Below are positions 31,723-39,251 of a DNA stretch of 39,251 nucleotides, piece after piece (position 1 is the stretch's first letter; every line of letters starts with the position of its first letter). A program made the translations under genes and the position numbers. Origin of the DNA: a bacterium (GTDB lineage Bacteria > Hinthialibacterota > Hinthialibacteria > Hinthialibacterales > Hinthialibacteraceae); NCBI GenBank assembly GCA_963663405.2, contig CAXXSM010000086.1:1-39251 (forward strand), read 5' to 3'. The notes under the pieces were generated by a model, which saw only the letters and a program-made list of their open reading frames with translations, was not told the DNA's origin and ran no database searches.

Positions 31723-33147
31723 CTACCGGTTTTTGCGGAGTAGTTCTGAAAACTTTGTGTAGAACGCTTTGGGGAGTTTGGGCAGGTTTTGAACGACTAC
31801 GTTCTCTTTGAAAAAGTTTTTCACGTAGTCCGTTTGGATACCAACAGCCACACACTCGATTCCTGCCTGTTCACACTTACGCAGATTCTCTTCGAGGTGT
31901 TTGATGACGGTCAGCTGCATCGTTGGATTCCCACTGTATGGTTCCCCATCGGTAAGGATAAGGATGATCTTCCGAGTCTCCTTTCGAACGACGATCCGTT
32001 TCGCAGTGAAAATAATGGCGTCATCGATGGGCGTGTATTCCAGGGCGTTCATAGCAGGAACGCGAGGCTTCAGCGACCGGAATGGTTCGTCGAACGCCTT
32101 AAAGATGGAATAGACGCAGGGAAAGAAGCGGGTGTAGAGTGTGGAGAGTTGCTGCAAATCCATCCCCGTTTCTCGTGTCAATCTCGCGAAGGCCCGTTTA
32201 GAAGGTTCGGTGGTATAACCGATCACTTCCGAGGGGATACGCAGTTGGTTGAGCGTATCAGCGAACAGAATGACGACCTGACGGGCGCATTTCACCAAAC
32301 GTTTGATCTCAGTTTTTTTAAGGTTGGAGACTTTTTGAGACAGAATTTCCGTTTCGGTCTTCTCATCTGGGTAGTCCAGATAGATGACTGTGTCGAACCG
32401 GTCTTTGAAGGCTTTGTTCAAAATCTGGGTACCGGCATACAATCCGGATTCATCGCCATTGCCGATCGTATTGGCAGTGGCGATGATCCGAAAATCGGGC
32501 TGGGAAGCGATACTCTCACCGTCTTTTTCGAGAAGAGTGAGTTTACCGCATTCTTCGAGCACGCTTTGGAGCACGAATAGGATATTCGGTAGAGCCGCGT
32601 CGATCTCATCGAGCAGTAGCCAGTCACCGTTTTTCATCGCGGTGGGCAGGATGCCTTCACTGTAAACCATCTCTTTCCCACGAACAGTCCAGCGGCCTAA
32701 GAAATCAGAGACCGTAGTCTCGCCATTCAGGTTGCAGCGCCGCAAAGGAGTATTGGTCTGGGCGGCGAGCTGCATAACCAGCGAACTTTTTCCTGTGCCG
32801 GTAGGGCCGACGATCATGACGTTCTCCTGGTGGTTAATGGCGTGGATCAGGTAGGCGGCCTCGGGCGGGAATTGATAATGCGGATCAAGGTTAGGCGCTA
32901 GTGGACTGGTTCCATTTCTCTTTTTGAGCGCCGCGTCATGAATCCGGAACTCTGCTGTGGCTTGTATCGGTGTTCGTTTGACGGTTTTGCCGGATTGGAT
33001 CTGATTGAGCAATGCCGGAGCCACCAAAGGCGCGCCAGGGTATTGCTTCAGGTACTCTTGGGCTGTTGTGCGGTGGCATTCACCCAAGTGACCATACAAA
33101 GCGCCATGGATTGACTCTCCACAAAGTTGACAGGTGATAGTGTTCAT
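31723..33147 (-). CDS. MoxR/CobS-like AAA+ ATPase fused in frame to partial CobT-like VWA domain
   Basis: N-terminal C2H2-like finger, GPTGTGKS, LLLDEID, FRIIATAN, DRF; then EVIGYTT...ILTDGEP...VAVGI; ATG 33147 with AAGGA RBS. Confidence 0.8.
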   Translation of the reverse strand: MNTITCQLCGESIHGALYGHLGECHRTTAQEYLKQYPGAPLVAPALLNQIQSGKTVKRTPIQATAEFRIHDAALKKRNGTSPLAPNLDPHYQFPPEAAYLIHAINHQENVMIVGPTGTGKSSLVMQLAAQTNTPLRRCNLNGETTVSDFLGRWTVRGKEMVYSEGILPTAMKNGDWLLLDEIDAALPNILFVLQSVLEECGKLTLLEKDGESIASQPDFRIIATANTIGNGDESGLYAGTQILNKAFKDRFDTVIYLDYPDEKTETEILSQKVSNLKKTEIKRLVKCARQVVILFADTLNQLRIPSEVIGYTTEPSKRAFARLTRETGMDLQQLSTLYTRFFPCVYSIFKAFDEPFRSLKPRVPAMNALEYTPIDDAIIFTAKRIVVRKETRKIILILTDGEPYSGNPTMQLTVIKHLEENLRKCEQAGIECVAVGIQTDYVKNFFKENVVVQNLPKLPKAFYTKFSELLRKNR

Positions 33148-33253
33148 CTCTTTTTCCTTTCTCGTAATAAATAAAAAAACCCCGGCGGATACCGGGGCTG
33201 TTTCGTTTGTGGGCTCTATGCCCTTTTTCATTTGTTTGAACTGTGGAATCGGA

Positions 33254-33490
33254 TCATTGGATCTTGATTCCAGGATCGGTGAAATTTTTTTCACAGTTTT
33301 GGCAGTAGAGATATTCCATTACCGGATTGATTCCATCCTCGACAGACTCGATTTCCTCTTCCGCCCAAATCAAACCGCAATCATCCTGGTAGAGATTGCG
33401 ATAGATACTGGATGGAAGCACGACACAGAGCTGGATGCGTTTCACATCTTCATTTCCACAATGCGGGCATTGGATTTCTTTGATACACAT
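33254..33490 (-). CDS. Small Zn-ribbon protein
   Basis: CPHC...CQNC, AAGGA RBS. Confidence 0.65.
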   Translation of the reverse strand: MCIKEIQCPHCGNEDVKRIQLCVVLPSSIYRNLYQDDCGLIWAEEEIESVEDGINPVMEYLYCQNCEKNFTDPGIKIQ

Positions 33491-33698
33491 TTCATTTTTC
33501 CTTTCCTTGATTGGTGTGGTTTTCGGTGAAATTGAAAAAGACCGGATAGAACCTTTGTTCCATCCGGCCTTTTGCCTATGAATTGATTCAAATAGAACTA
33601 CTCAACATCGAAGTCATTGATGTTGAGTTAGCGCATCATCTTTGCGGGGGAAGGATAACTTGTAGGATGATTCCAGGAGTGAGAAAAAGGAAAATGGA

Positions 33699-34136
33699 TT
33701 ACTCACTTCCCCAAGTGTAGACCATACATGGATCACCTTCTTCATCCGGTTCCGTTTTCTCGCGTAGCTCTTGTGCGGTGAGACTGTCCACATCGTAATC
33801 CTGGACGCGGATTCTTACGCCAGAAGGGATGTTTTGGATATCCTGGATGACGCCGCCGCGCACAAAGACGGTCACTTCATCCAAATCCATGACTGTAACA
33901 TCCTTGATGGCCCGGCAACCGATCATCGCCATTCCATCGGTTTTTAGGTTGGTCATGATTTCACGCTCTTCCTCCGCATCATACGCGTACATCGCAGCGA
34001 GTTCCTTGTAAGCTTGGCTTTCCTCATTACTACCATCGGATCTCATAAAGAACGAGTTTGCATATTCGTGTTCTCCATCCACGATAGTGTAATGGACCTT
34101 CATCGTTTGATTTCCTTTCCTTTTGGTGTTTTTCAT
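33699..34136 (-). CDS. Hypothetical acidic protein of mobile elements
   Basis: GGAGG RBS; VFVRGGVIQDI...VQDYD segment. Confidence 0.65.
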   Translation of the reverse strand: MKNTKRKGNQTMKVHYTIVDGEHEYANSFFMRSDGSNEESQAYKELAAMYAYDAEEEREIMTNLKTDGMAMIGCRAIKDVTVMDLDEVTVFVRGGVIQDIQNIPSGVRIRVQDYDVDSLTAQELREKTEPDEEGDPCMVYTWGSE

Positions 34137-34170
34137 TGTTTGGATACCTCCTTCATTTTTTTTAATTGAA

Positions 34171-34434
34171 CTAGTAATCCTCTGGATAAATCAACGACAC
34201 CAGATTTTGTCCATCGGTTCCAGCTCCTTCATCCAGGATGCCCCACAACCGGCGCCCGTTGATCTGGACGGTCCACAGGTTGGGATTGGCTGGATCGGGA
34301 ACTTTCATCTTCTCAAAGAGAATCGTGAACGCGTGATGGATTTCTTCCGGCGTCAATGTTTCGTATACGGTCCGTGACACAACGGTTTGGGGTGGGACTT
34401 CTACGGTATTGCTTGTTCGATTAGTTTCTTTCAT
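34171..34434 (-). CDS. Small plasmid/phage-type hypothetical protein ending LIYPEDY
   Basis: GGAGG RBS; terminal LxxPEDY motif. Confidence 0.65.
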   Translation of the reverse strand: MKETNRTSNTVEVPPQTVVSRTVYETLTPEEIHHAFTILFEKMKVPDPANPNLWTVQINGRRLWGILDEGAGTDGQNLVSLIYPEDY

Positions 34435-34906
34435 TTTGGAACCTCCATTGTTATGGTTGAGGCAAAACGGCCTGGCAGGCCAGTATCTGTCCTGCCAGGT
34501 TGTTTTGCACTTTGGATTTGGACTTGGATAGAAAATGTGATCGGATTAATCGAGAAAAAAGATAGAAAGTGTTCACTAGGTGAATCTCGCCACTTTACGT
34601 TTTTAGACGGGAATATCCCGTATAGTTTTTATATCTTGACCACAGACCGTTCGTTCGCTGTTCAACGGATTGTTGGGACAAACCGGATACAAACAAAGGT
34701 TTCATGTGGCCGATGTTGGTCTTCCAACCTGAAAGTCATCTCATTTTCCTGGCGGAAAAGATTCTACTTTCGGATGGTGTTTTGTTGTTCTTGGGCAGAA
34801 GTGAATTCCCTCCAGTTAATAAATCTTCCGGTTTTGAGCGTTTGGACAACTCAGTTTGGACAACTCAATTTTGAGAGGATTGTTGTATCTCTTGAGTGAT
34901 TGCAAA

Positions 34907-34922
34907 CCGTAACCTTTAAATA
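34907..34922 (+). promoter_or_regulatory. Archaeal-type BRE-TATA motif
   Basis: CCGTAACC-TTTAAATA, ATG 24 nt downstream at 34946. Confidence 0.6.
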
Positions 34923-34945
34923 GTAGTGACAATTCTCCTTGCCTC

Positions 34946-35119
34946 ATGAAACGAATCACACCCCACACACCCGAGAATGAAATTGCTGATTGGATTGAAG
35001 AACAACTCAAAGAAGTCAACCTAAAAGTCGAACACATTATTTACCGGCTGCGGTATGAAGATCCACGCATTTGGTTGGCTGAGAACGAGCGGAAAGATAA
35101 GAACCTAAAGAAATATTAA
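34946..35119 (+). CDS. Small hypothetical protein (57 aa), not in ORF track
   Basis: MKRITPHTPENEIADWIEEQLKEVNLKVEHIIYRLRYEDPRIWLAENERKDKNLKKY; start at leaderless distance from a TATA motif. Confidence 0.5.
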   Translation: MKRITPHTPENEIADWIEEQLKEVNLKVEHIIYRLRYEDPRIWLAENERKDKNLKKY

Positions 35120-35488
35120 TCTCTGGATGGGATTGTTTTTTCACCCCTGCCTTTTCGATCAAAATAGACGGTTTCTGAACGAATTCATTTTTTCTTCCTT
35201 GTTAAAATTTCGTGACTCAACTTTTGAGGATTCTCCAAAAATGACCTCTTACCGAAAACCGTGCGAAAGCGTATGATTCGAGCTCAATGGGGTGGGGGGA
35301 CAAGCGAACTCAAACTAAAAGATGGAAAAATAGGCGATTTTCTTGGGGAATAGGATGAAATTTTAGGAGGGTATTTACCTTTCCAATTTAGGATGCTCAC
35401 CGTTGAACTAATGCCTATCGTTTTATTGACGAGAAACGTGAATGGAACTCATTTTTTGAGCGTTTTTGCATTGATAGAAAGAGAATTC

Positions 35489-35902
35489 TCAAAGGTAAAA
35501 TATCAGGTCCCGTTCTTTCTGTTCCTGGATGGAATCCTTCTTCTGTCGGAAATTTAGAACTTGATTGGCCACTTTCACTAGGGCCCGGGGAAACTTGTTG
35601 GAAAACACCCAGCCTTCCCGATAGCCGTATGTCTTGTTGAACCGGGAAACGTGATCGATCAATCCCATCCGCCGCATTTTGGCGCGAACCGTCTCCAAAC
35701 TTCGGCGGCTTAATCCCAGTTGATCCACGATCGGATCCAGGACCGGCAGGAACTGATCCTTAGCCCATTTCAGTTCCACAAAGATCGACAGAAAAATCTT
35801 TTGATGATTAGAGTTATCCGGAAAGAGAATTCTCGCTAACTCATCCGCGGATTCCAACCGGGATATCGTGTTATGGTTAATCTCGATTTTTGTGGAAGCC
35901 AT
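35489..35902 (-). CDS. Putative winged-helix protein
   Basis: LGLSRRSLETVRAKMRRMGLID HTH-like pattern; 1 nt from upstream stop. Confidence 0.7.
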   Translation of the reverse strand: MASTKIEINHNTISRLESADELARILFPDNSNHQKIFLSIFVELKWAKDQFLPVLDPIVDQLGLSRRSLETVRAKMRRMGLIDHVSRFNKTYGYREGWVFSNKFPRALVKVANQVLNFRQKKDSIQEQKERDLIFYL

Positions 35903-35903
35903 T

Positions 35904-36248
35904 TTATTTAGGGCGGTAGGATCGATTAGCTTGATTGACTCGTTTGCGTAATGTCACTCGTTGCTTCGCAATTTCAAGTGCCTGGGAACGAAGGCTTGGA
36001 CCAAAGGTGGATTCTATCCAATAGATCGTTTCATACGCGCTAACGTAAATATCGTTCAGTAACCGTTGGAACCTCCAGCGGATTCCCTGGCGCGTCATAC
36101 CAAACGCGCGCTCTATTTTCATCCCGTAATTCTTGCGCAGCACTATCGTTTTCGGATCGGTCTGTTTCAGCTCAATGGATAGATCGTTCTCCTGAAATAG
36201 AGCTTTCAACCGTTGAATGAACTCCAAATCCTTTTGTGTTAGTTTCAC
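35904..36248 (-). CDS. Hypothetical HTH-like protein
   Basis: FGMTRQGIRWRF; start uncertain (GTG 36248 favoured by TATA spacing; ATG 36296 or 36359 possible). Confidence 0.65.
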   Translation of the reverse strand: MKLTQKDLEFIQRLKALFQENDLSIELKQTDPKTIVLRKNYGMKIERAFGMTRQGIRWRFQRLLNDIYVSAYETIYWIESTFGPSLRSQALEIAKQRVTLRKRVNQANRSYRPK

Positions 36249-36270
36249 ATTCCATTTCAAGATAGATGTT

Positions 36271-37044
36271 CTATTTAAGGTTTTCGATCTCCTCATCACA
36301 ATCCCGTTTGAACACCCAGATATCATTCCCCTCTTGCCGCAAATGGACTTCCCGGTCATGTTCCATGAAAATCAAGGTGATAAACCGCCAGATTCGATCT
36401 TTTGGTTTGGATGGATGCAATACTGGGATCTCTGAAAACAGCACACCACGCTGGTTAATAAGAGCGGAGATGGCGCGTCGGTAATCGGTCATGCAGAACG
36501 TTTCCGAACGATCATACGCAAACTCATCATTTCCCGTTTCGGCGCCGATCAACCGGTCCAAATCTTGTTCCAATCCTGGGATGGTGTCCAATTGGGGATA
36601 GTCCTCCAACTCCAGTTCTTTCGAGCGGGAATCAGCAAGTTGTTTTCTCATCCTCTCCCGGAGTTGTTGTTTCCGTTCCCGTGATTCTTTCATCCGCTCT
36701 CTAAAATAATCCGCGTCGAACAGCCGTTCATCGAAGAGAAATTTGGACGGAACAGTAGCGCCGCATTGCGCGCAGGCGTAATGATACACTTTCTTCGTTA
36801 ACCTGGCTTTGCAGCAGGGGCTTGCTTGAAATTCAATCGTCGGATCAAGCTGAATACCGCAGGAACATCGCCATGTCGTGGGAGAGAGAACCTCCATCTT
36901 TCGGCCGCAGTGTGGGCACCGGTAGCGCATCCGCAGCACCGCCACGTAAAAATCCCGCGCTATGGATTGGATTGTTGTTACTCGATCGTGAACACGGTCG
37001 ATCGCCGCAATCAGAGGATTTGGATTCCTTCGTGGAATGAGCAT
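36271..37044 (-). CDS. Zn-ribbon protein with ScpA/kleisin-like C-terminal winged helix
   Basis: CPHC, CSC, CC, CAQC; C-terminal FITLIFMEHDREVHLRQEGNDIWV resembles the ScpA F.ALL.L...G.V.L.Q...DI motif. Confidence 0.65.
   Translation of the reverse strand: MLIPRRNPNPLIAAIDRVHDRVTTIQSIARDFYVAVLRMRYRCPHCGRKMEVLSPTTWRCSCGIQLDPTIEFQASPCCKARLTKKVYHYACAQCGATVPSKFLFDERLFDADYFRERMKESRERKQQLRERMRKQLADSRSKELELEDYPQLDTIPGLEQDLDRLIGAETGNDEFAYDRSETFCMTDYRRAISALINQRGVLFSEIPVLHPSKPKDRIWRFITLIFMEHDREVHLRQEGNDIWVFKRDCDEEIENLK
36272..36287 (-). promoter_or_regulatory. Archaeal-type BRE-TATA motif
   Basis: TCGAAAAC-CTTAAATA, in-frame GTG (MKLTQKD) 24 nt downstream. Confidence 0.5.
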
Positions 37045-37066
37045 GCCATTGGGGATATGCGCAAAG

Positions 37067-37106
37067 CATATAGATGTTTCGGTTCGAAAAACGAAAGGTT
37101 TATATA
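37067..37106. promoter_or_regulatory. Divergent pair of archaeal-type BRE-TATA motifs
   Basis: Minus CCGAAACA-TCTATATG (37082-37067; ATG 23 nt downstream) and plus ACGAAAGG-TTTATATA (37091-37106). Confidence 0.65.
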
Positions 37107-37141
37107 GATGTCGAGACTTACTGATTTACAGGTGATCAAGA

Positions 37142-37300
37142 ATGGAAGAACTGTATGAATGTCCTTATTGTTCATCGTCAAACACAATTTGGCGGGGCTA
37201 TCGCAAATTGAAAGAAGGGCGCGTTCGAATTCGCCAATGCAAATCCTGCAAACGGCGATTCACGCCCAAAAAACAACCGGAATACGGTGATGAACCATGA
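37142..37300 (+). CDS. Small Zn-ribbon protein (52 aa), not in ORF track
   Basis: MEELYECPYCSSSNTIWRGYRKLKEGRVRIRQCKSCKRRFTPKKQPEYGDEP; AGGTGAT RBS; ATGA overlap with next gene. Confidence 0.75.
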   Translation: MEELYECPYCSSSNTIWRGYRKLKEGRVRIRQCKSCKRRFTPKKQPEYGDEP

Positions 37301-37596
37301 ATGGAATAGCCGCAAAACCGGAGATGGAATTCAAAGCCGGGGCGGTTCGCGCCGCTATCTGGATGAATCCACATCAATCCGCCGATGGTAAATCGTTTAC
37401 CAGCGCGAAAGTCGTCGTGGAACGGATTTACAAGGATGAAAGCGGTCATTTTAAAAGCACACACCGGCTCGATACCAATGATATCCCCAAGGCGATCCTG
37501 CTTCTTAAAAAGGCGTTCGAATGGATGCTTATACTCAAGAAACCGGAGCCTGACCATCCGACGATCCAGTCCCATTTCAAACCGGCGATCCCCTAA
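37297..37596 (+). CDS. Small beta-rich protein, possibly PC4-like ssDNA-binding
   Basis: FKAGAVRAAIW.N...ERIYKD..G.FKST..L..NDIPK pattern; GGTGA RBS. Confidence 0.7.
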   Translation: MNGIAAKPEMEFKAGAVRAAIWMNPHQSADGKSFTSAKVVVERIYKDESGHFKSTHRLDTNDIPKAILLLKKAFEWMLILKKPEPDHPTIQSHFKPAIP

Positions 37597-37605
37597 CCGT
37601 CTACC

Positions 37606-37845
37606 ATGAATCCCTGCTTTGAAGAGCGGACTTTTTTGGCGAATGAGTCACCAATTTGGATTACGATTCAAAGAATCCGAGATCTGCGAAATATGGCTGA
37701 TGCCTGCCGTCATCGTATGCAAGAATTAAGCCGAGAGCCCCACAAGAATTCTTCGGAGATCCGGTTTGAAGAAACCGTTCTTCATTCGACCTTACGAACC
37801 ATTGAGAAAATGGAACATTCATTGTTTCTGGAAAGGAATGACTAA
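37606..37845 (+). CDS. Small hypothetical helical protein
   Basis: 79 aa, follows previous gene by 9 nt, converges on cdc6. Confidence 0.5.
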   Translation: MNPCFEERTFLANESPIWITIQRIRDLRNMADACRHRMQELSREPHKNSSEIRFEETVLHSTLRTIEKMEHSLFLERND

Positions 37846-39113
37846 AGATTTTGCCCACAGGTCTTGAAGACTTTTTGGACGACTTTTTCTGGAAGAGAGG
37901 AAGACAGCTCCCGGGTTTTTCCATACCGCCCCTTTGAGATCACCCGGGCGTTGATTAATCCATAAATATCCAAAAAACTGACGATATCAGAGAATCGCCG
38001 CTGCGTGAGTGTCCGCACGCCCCGTTGCTCACAAATCGATCGATAAATATCATAGGCGGGCCCGGTCCAGAGTTTTTCACGCGAGTTTTGCAACCCTGTA
38101 TAGCAGGCTAAGAGAGCGCATTTCTGTTGAGGCGCGAGAGCGTGGATTAACTGCTCGGTCTTGTCGATCTCCAACAAGGAATCCGCCTCATCCACTTCAC
38201 GCACACCCAGATAACCGCTCGAATCTTCAGCGATTTTGACTCCTTTGACCAGCAACTCGATGGCTTTGCGCGCGTCACCATTCTCCCGTGACGCGTACGC
38301 GGCGATTTTGCGAATCGCTGCGGGATCGACTTTTCGGGTATCGAGGGCTTTTTCCACCCGGAGATTCAAGATTTCGATTAGATCCATGGCGTCGTAGGGC
38401 TCAAAAATGATATCCGTTTTTTTGAGCACGGAGAGAATTCGAGGATCCAGGGTTTTATCCCATTCGATTCGATTGGTCAGCAAAAGGTAGAACAGTCGGA
38501 CGGGAATCCGTTTGGGCAAGGTCTTGGCTAAAAACGTGTAAAAGAGATCGCTGTTGGAGGTGACATTGTCGACCTCGTCCACCACAATGCATACCAAGTC
38601 ATTTCGAGTTGTCAGCGCCTGGATTACGGTTTCCTGCATCTGATCCAACGCAATGCCCTTGCGGTACCGTTTGGTTGTTCCATCCAAGGATAAGGCCAGC
38701 TCGTTCAACGCGCCGAAACAAGTTTTCGGAGTAGTGAGATCGACGTAATAATACTGAAACTGGATCTGTTTGACGCCGCACATGGACGCCAAAGCGTTGA
38801 GAAAATGCAGGCAGGTGACCGATTTCCCTGCGCCGGAAGGACCGTAGATCAGGAGATTGGCCGGCGAATCACCGGCGAGCACCGGTGACAAGTATTTGGC
38901 CAATCGATGTAGTTGTTGTTGGCGGATATTGCGTTGAAAGATCTCCTTCAATACCGCTACCCGTTCGGATTCCGTCAGTTTTTCGTCATCGAGATAGGAG
39001 GGATTCAGCGTGATTTTCTTGTCTTCGATATGGAGAAACGCTTCTTGAATCAAGGATTCTGTGCTCGTTGTCGAGGTGGATCGGCTGGTTCCACAGGAAA
39101 TCTTCTGACTCAT
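37842..39113 (-). CDS. cdc6: Orc1/Cdc6-family AAA+ replication initiator
   Basis: LIYGPSGAGKS, VVDEVD, FEPYDAMDLIEILNLR, GDARKAIELL sensor II, C-terminal wHTH LTQRRFSDIVSFLDIYGLINARVISKGRYGKTR. Confidence 0.9.
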   Translation of the reverse strand: MSQKISCGTSRSTSTTSTESLIQEAFLHIEDKKITLNPSYLDDEKLTESERVAVLKEIFQRNIRQQQLHRLAKYLSPVLAGDSPANLLIYGPSGAGKSVTCLHFLNALASMCGVKQIQFQYYYVDLTTPKTCFGALNELALSLDGTTKRYRKGIALDQMQETVIQALTTRNDLVCIVVDEVDNVTSNSDLFYTFLAKTLPKRIPVRLFYLLLTNRIEWDKTLDPRILSVLKKTDIIFEPYDAMDLIEILNLRVEKALDTRKVDPAAIRKIAAYASRENGDARKAIELLVKGVKIAEDSSGYLGVREVDEADSLLEIDKTEQLIHALAPQQKCALLACYTGLQNSREKLWTGPAYDIYRSICEQRGVRTLTQRRFSDIVSFLDIYGLINARVISKGRYGKTRELSSSLPEKVVQKVFKTCGQNL

Positions 39114-39205
39114 GCCGCATAGGAAGGAGCCTTTTACTATTTAAATCTTCTTTTGTCCTGAAGGAGTGATAACAGATAACCGTAAGGGAAGATTTCCTGT
39201 GGAAC
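39088..39205. repeat. Perfect 18-bp inverted repeat, ORB-like
   Basis: GTTCCACAGGAAATCTTC (39088-39105) and its reverse complement (39188-39205). Confidence 0.85.
39138..39153 (-). promoter_or_regulatory. Archaeal-type BRE-TATA motif of cdc6
   Basis: AAAGAAGA-TTTAAATA, ATG 25 nt downstream, no Shine-Dalgarno. Confidence 0.6.
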
Positions 39206-39251
39206 GTAATAATAAATTATATGTTATTTACTTCTTTTATTACTTACAATA

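Noticed and set aside
31789-32580. 263-aa plus-strand ORF and other antisense ORFs in the track
   Set aside because: Shadows of well-supported genes on the opposite strand; no motifs or RBS.
31723-33147. Cobalamin cobaltochelatase function
   Set aside because: No cobN or other cob genes; such MoxR/VWA pairs are common on mobile elements.
33148-33294. N-terminal extension of the AAA ORF
   Set aside because: Runs through a hairpin and the upstream gene; an RBS supports ATG 33147.
1-39251. rRNA, tRNA, CRISPR array
   Set aside because: None recognised by eye; a covariance-model search was not possible.

Overview
The window has two parts. Left part (1-~26,300): bacterial cargo made of a nested stack of mobile elements (an RIT tyrosine-recombinase trio inside IS21 istA, inside a serine resolvase gene, next to a Tn3 tnpA remnant), a decaying minus-strand operon of large secreted proteins (LamG-repeat, TPR, beta-propeller, WD40) broken by two IS insertions with clear target duplications, several frameshifts and nonsense codons, a second resolvase, an ECF sigma/FecR/pseudopilin module and two FG-GAP-like secreted proteins. 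PTPTP linkers and terminal motifs suggest an OLB16/Hinthialibacterota- or Sumerlaeota-like host (inference only). Right part (~26,300-39,251): backbone of a mobile element with a truncated Replic_Relax gene, a HerA/VirB4-like ATPase-nuclease, an ArdC-like protein, a CobS/CobT-like fusion, a ScpA-like protein and an Orc1/Cdc6 initiator. The most striking signal is that this backbone carries archaeal-type cis elements: six BRE-TATA promoter motifs (four sit 23-25 nt before a start codon), GGTGA-type ribosome-binding sites, and a perfect 18-bp ORB-like inverted repeat around the cdc6 promoter, all within otherwise bacterial DNA. Protein family calls come from motif recognition by eye, not database searches.
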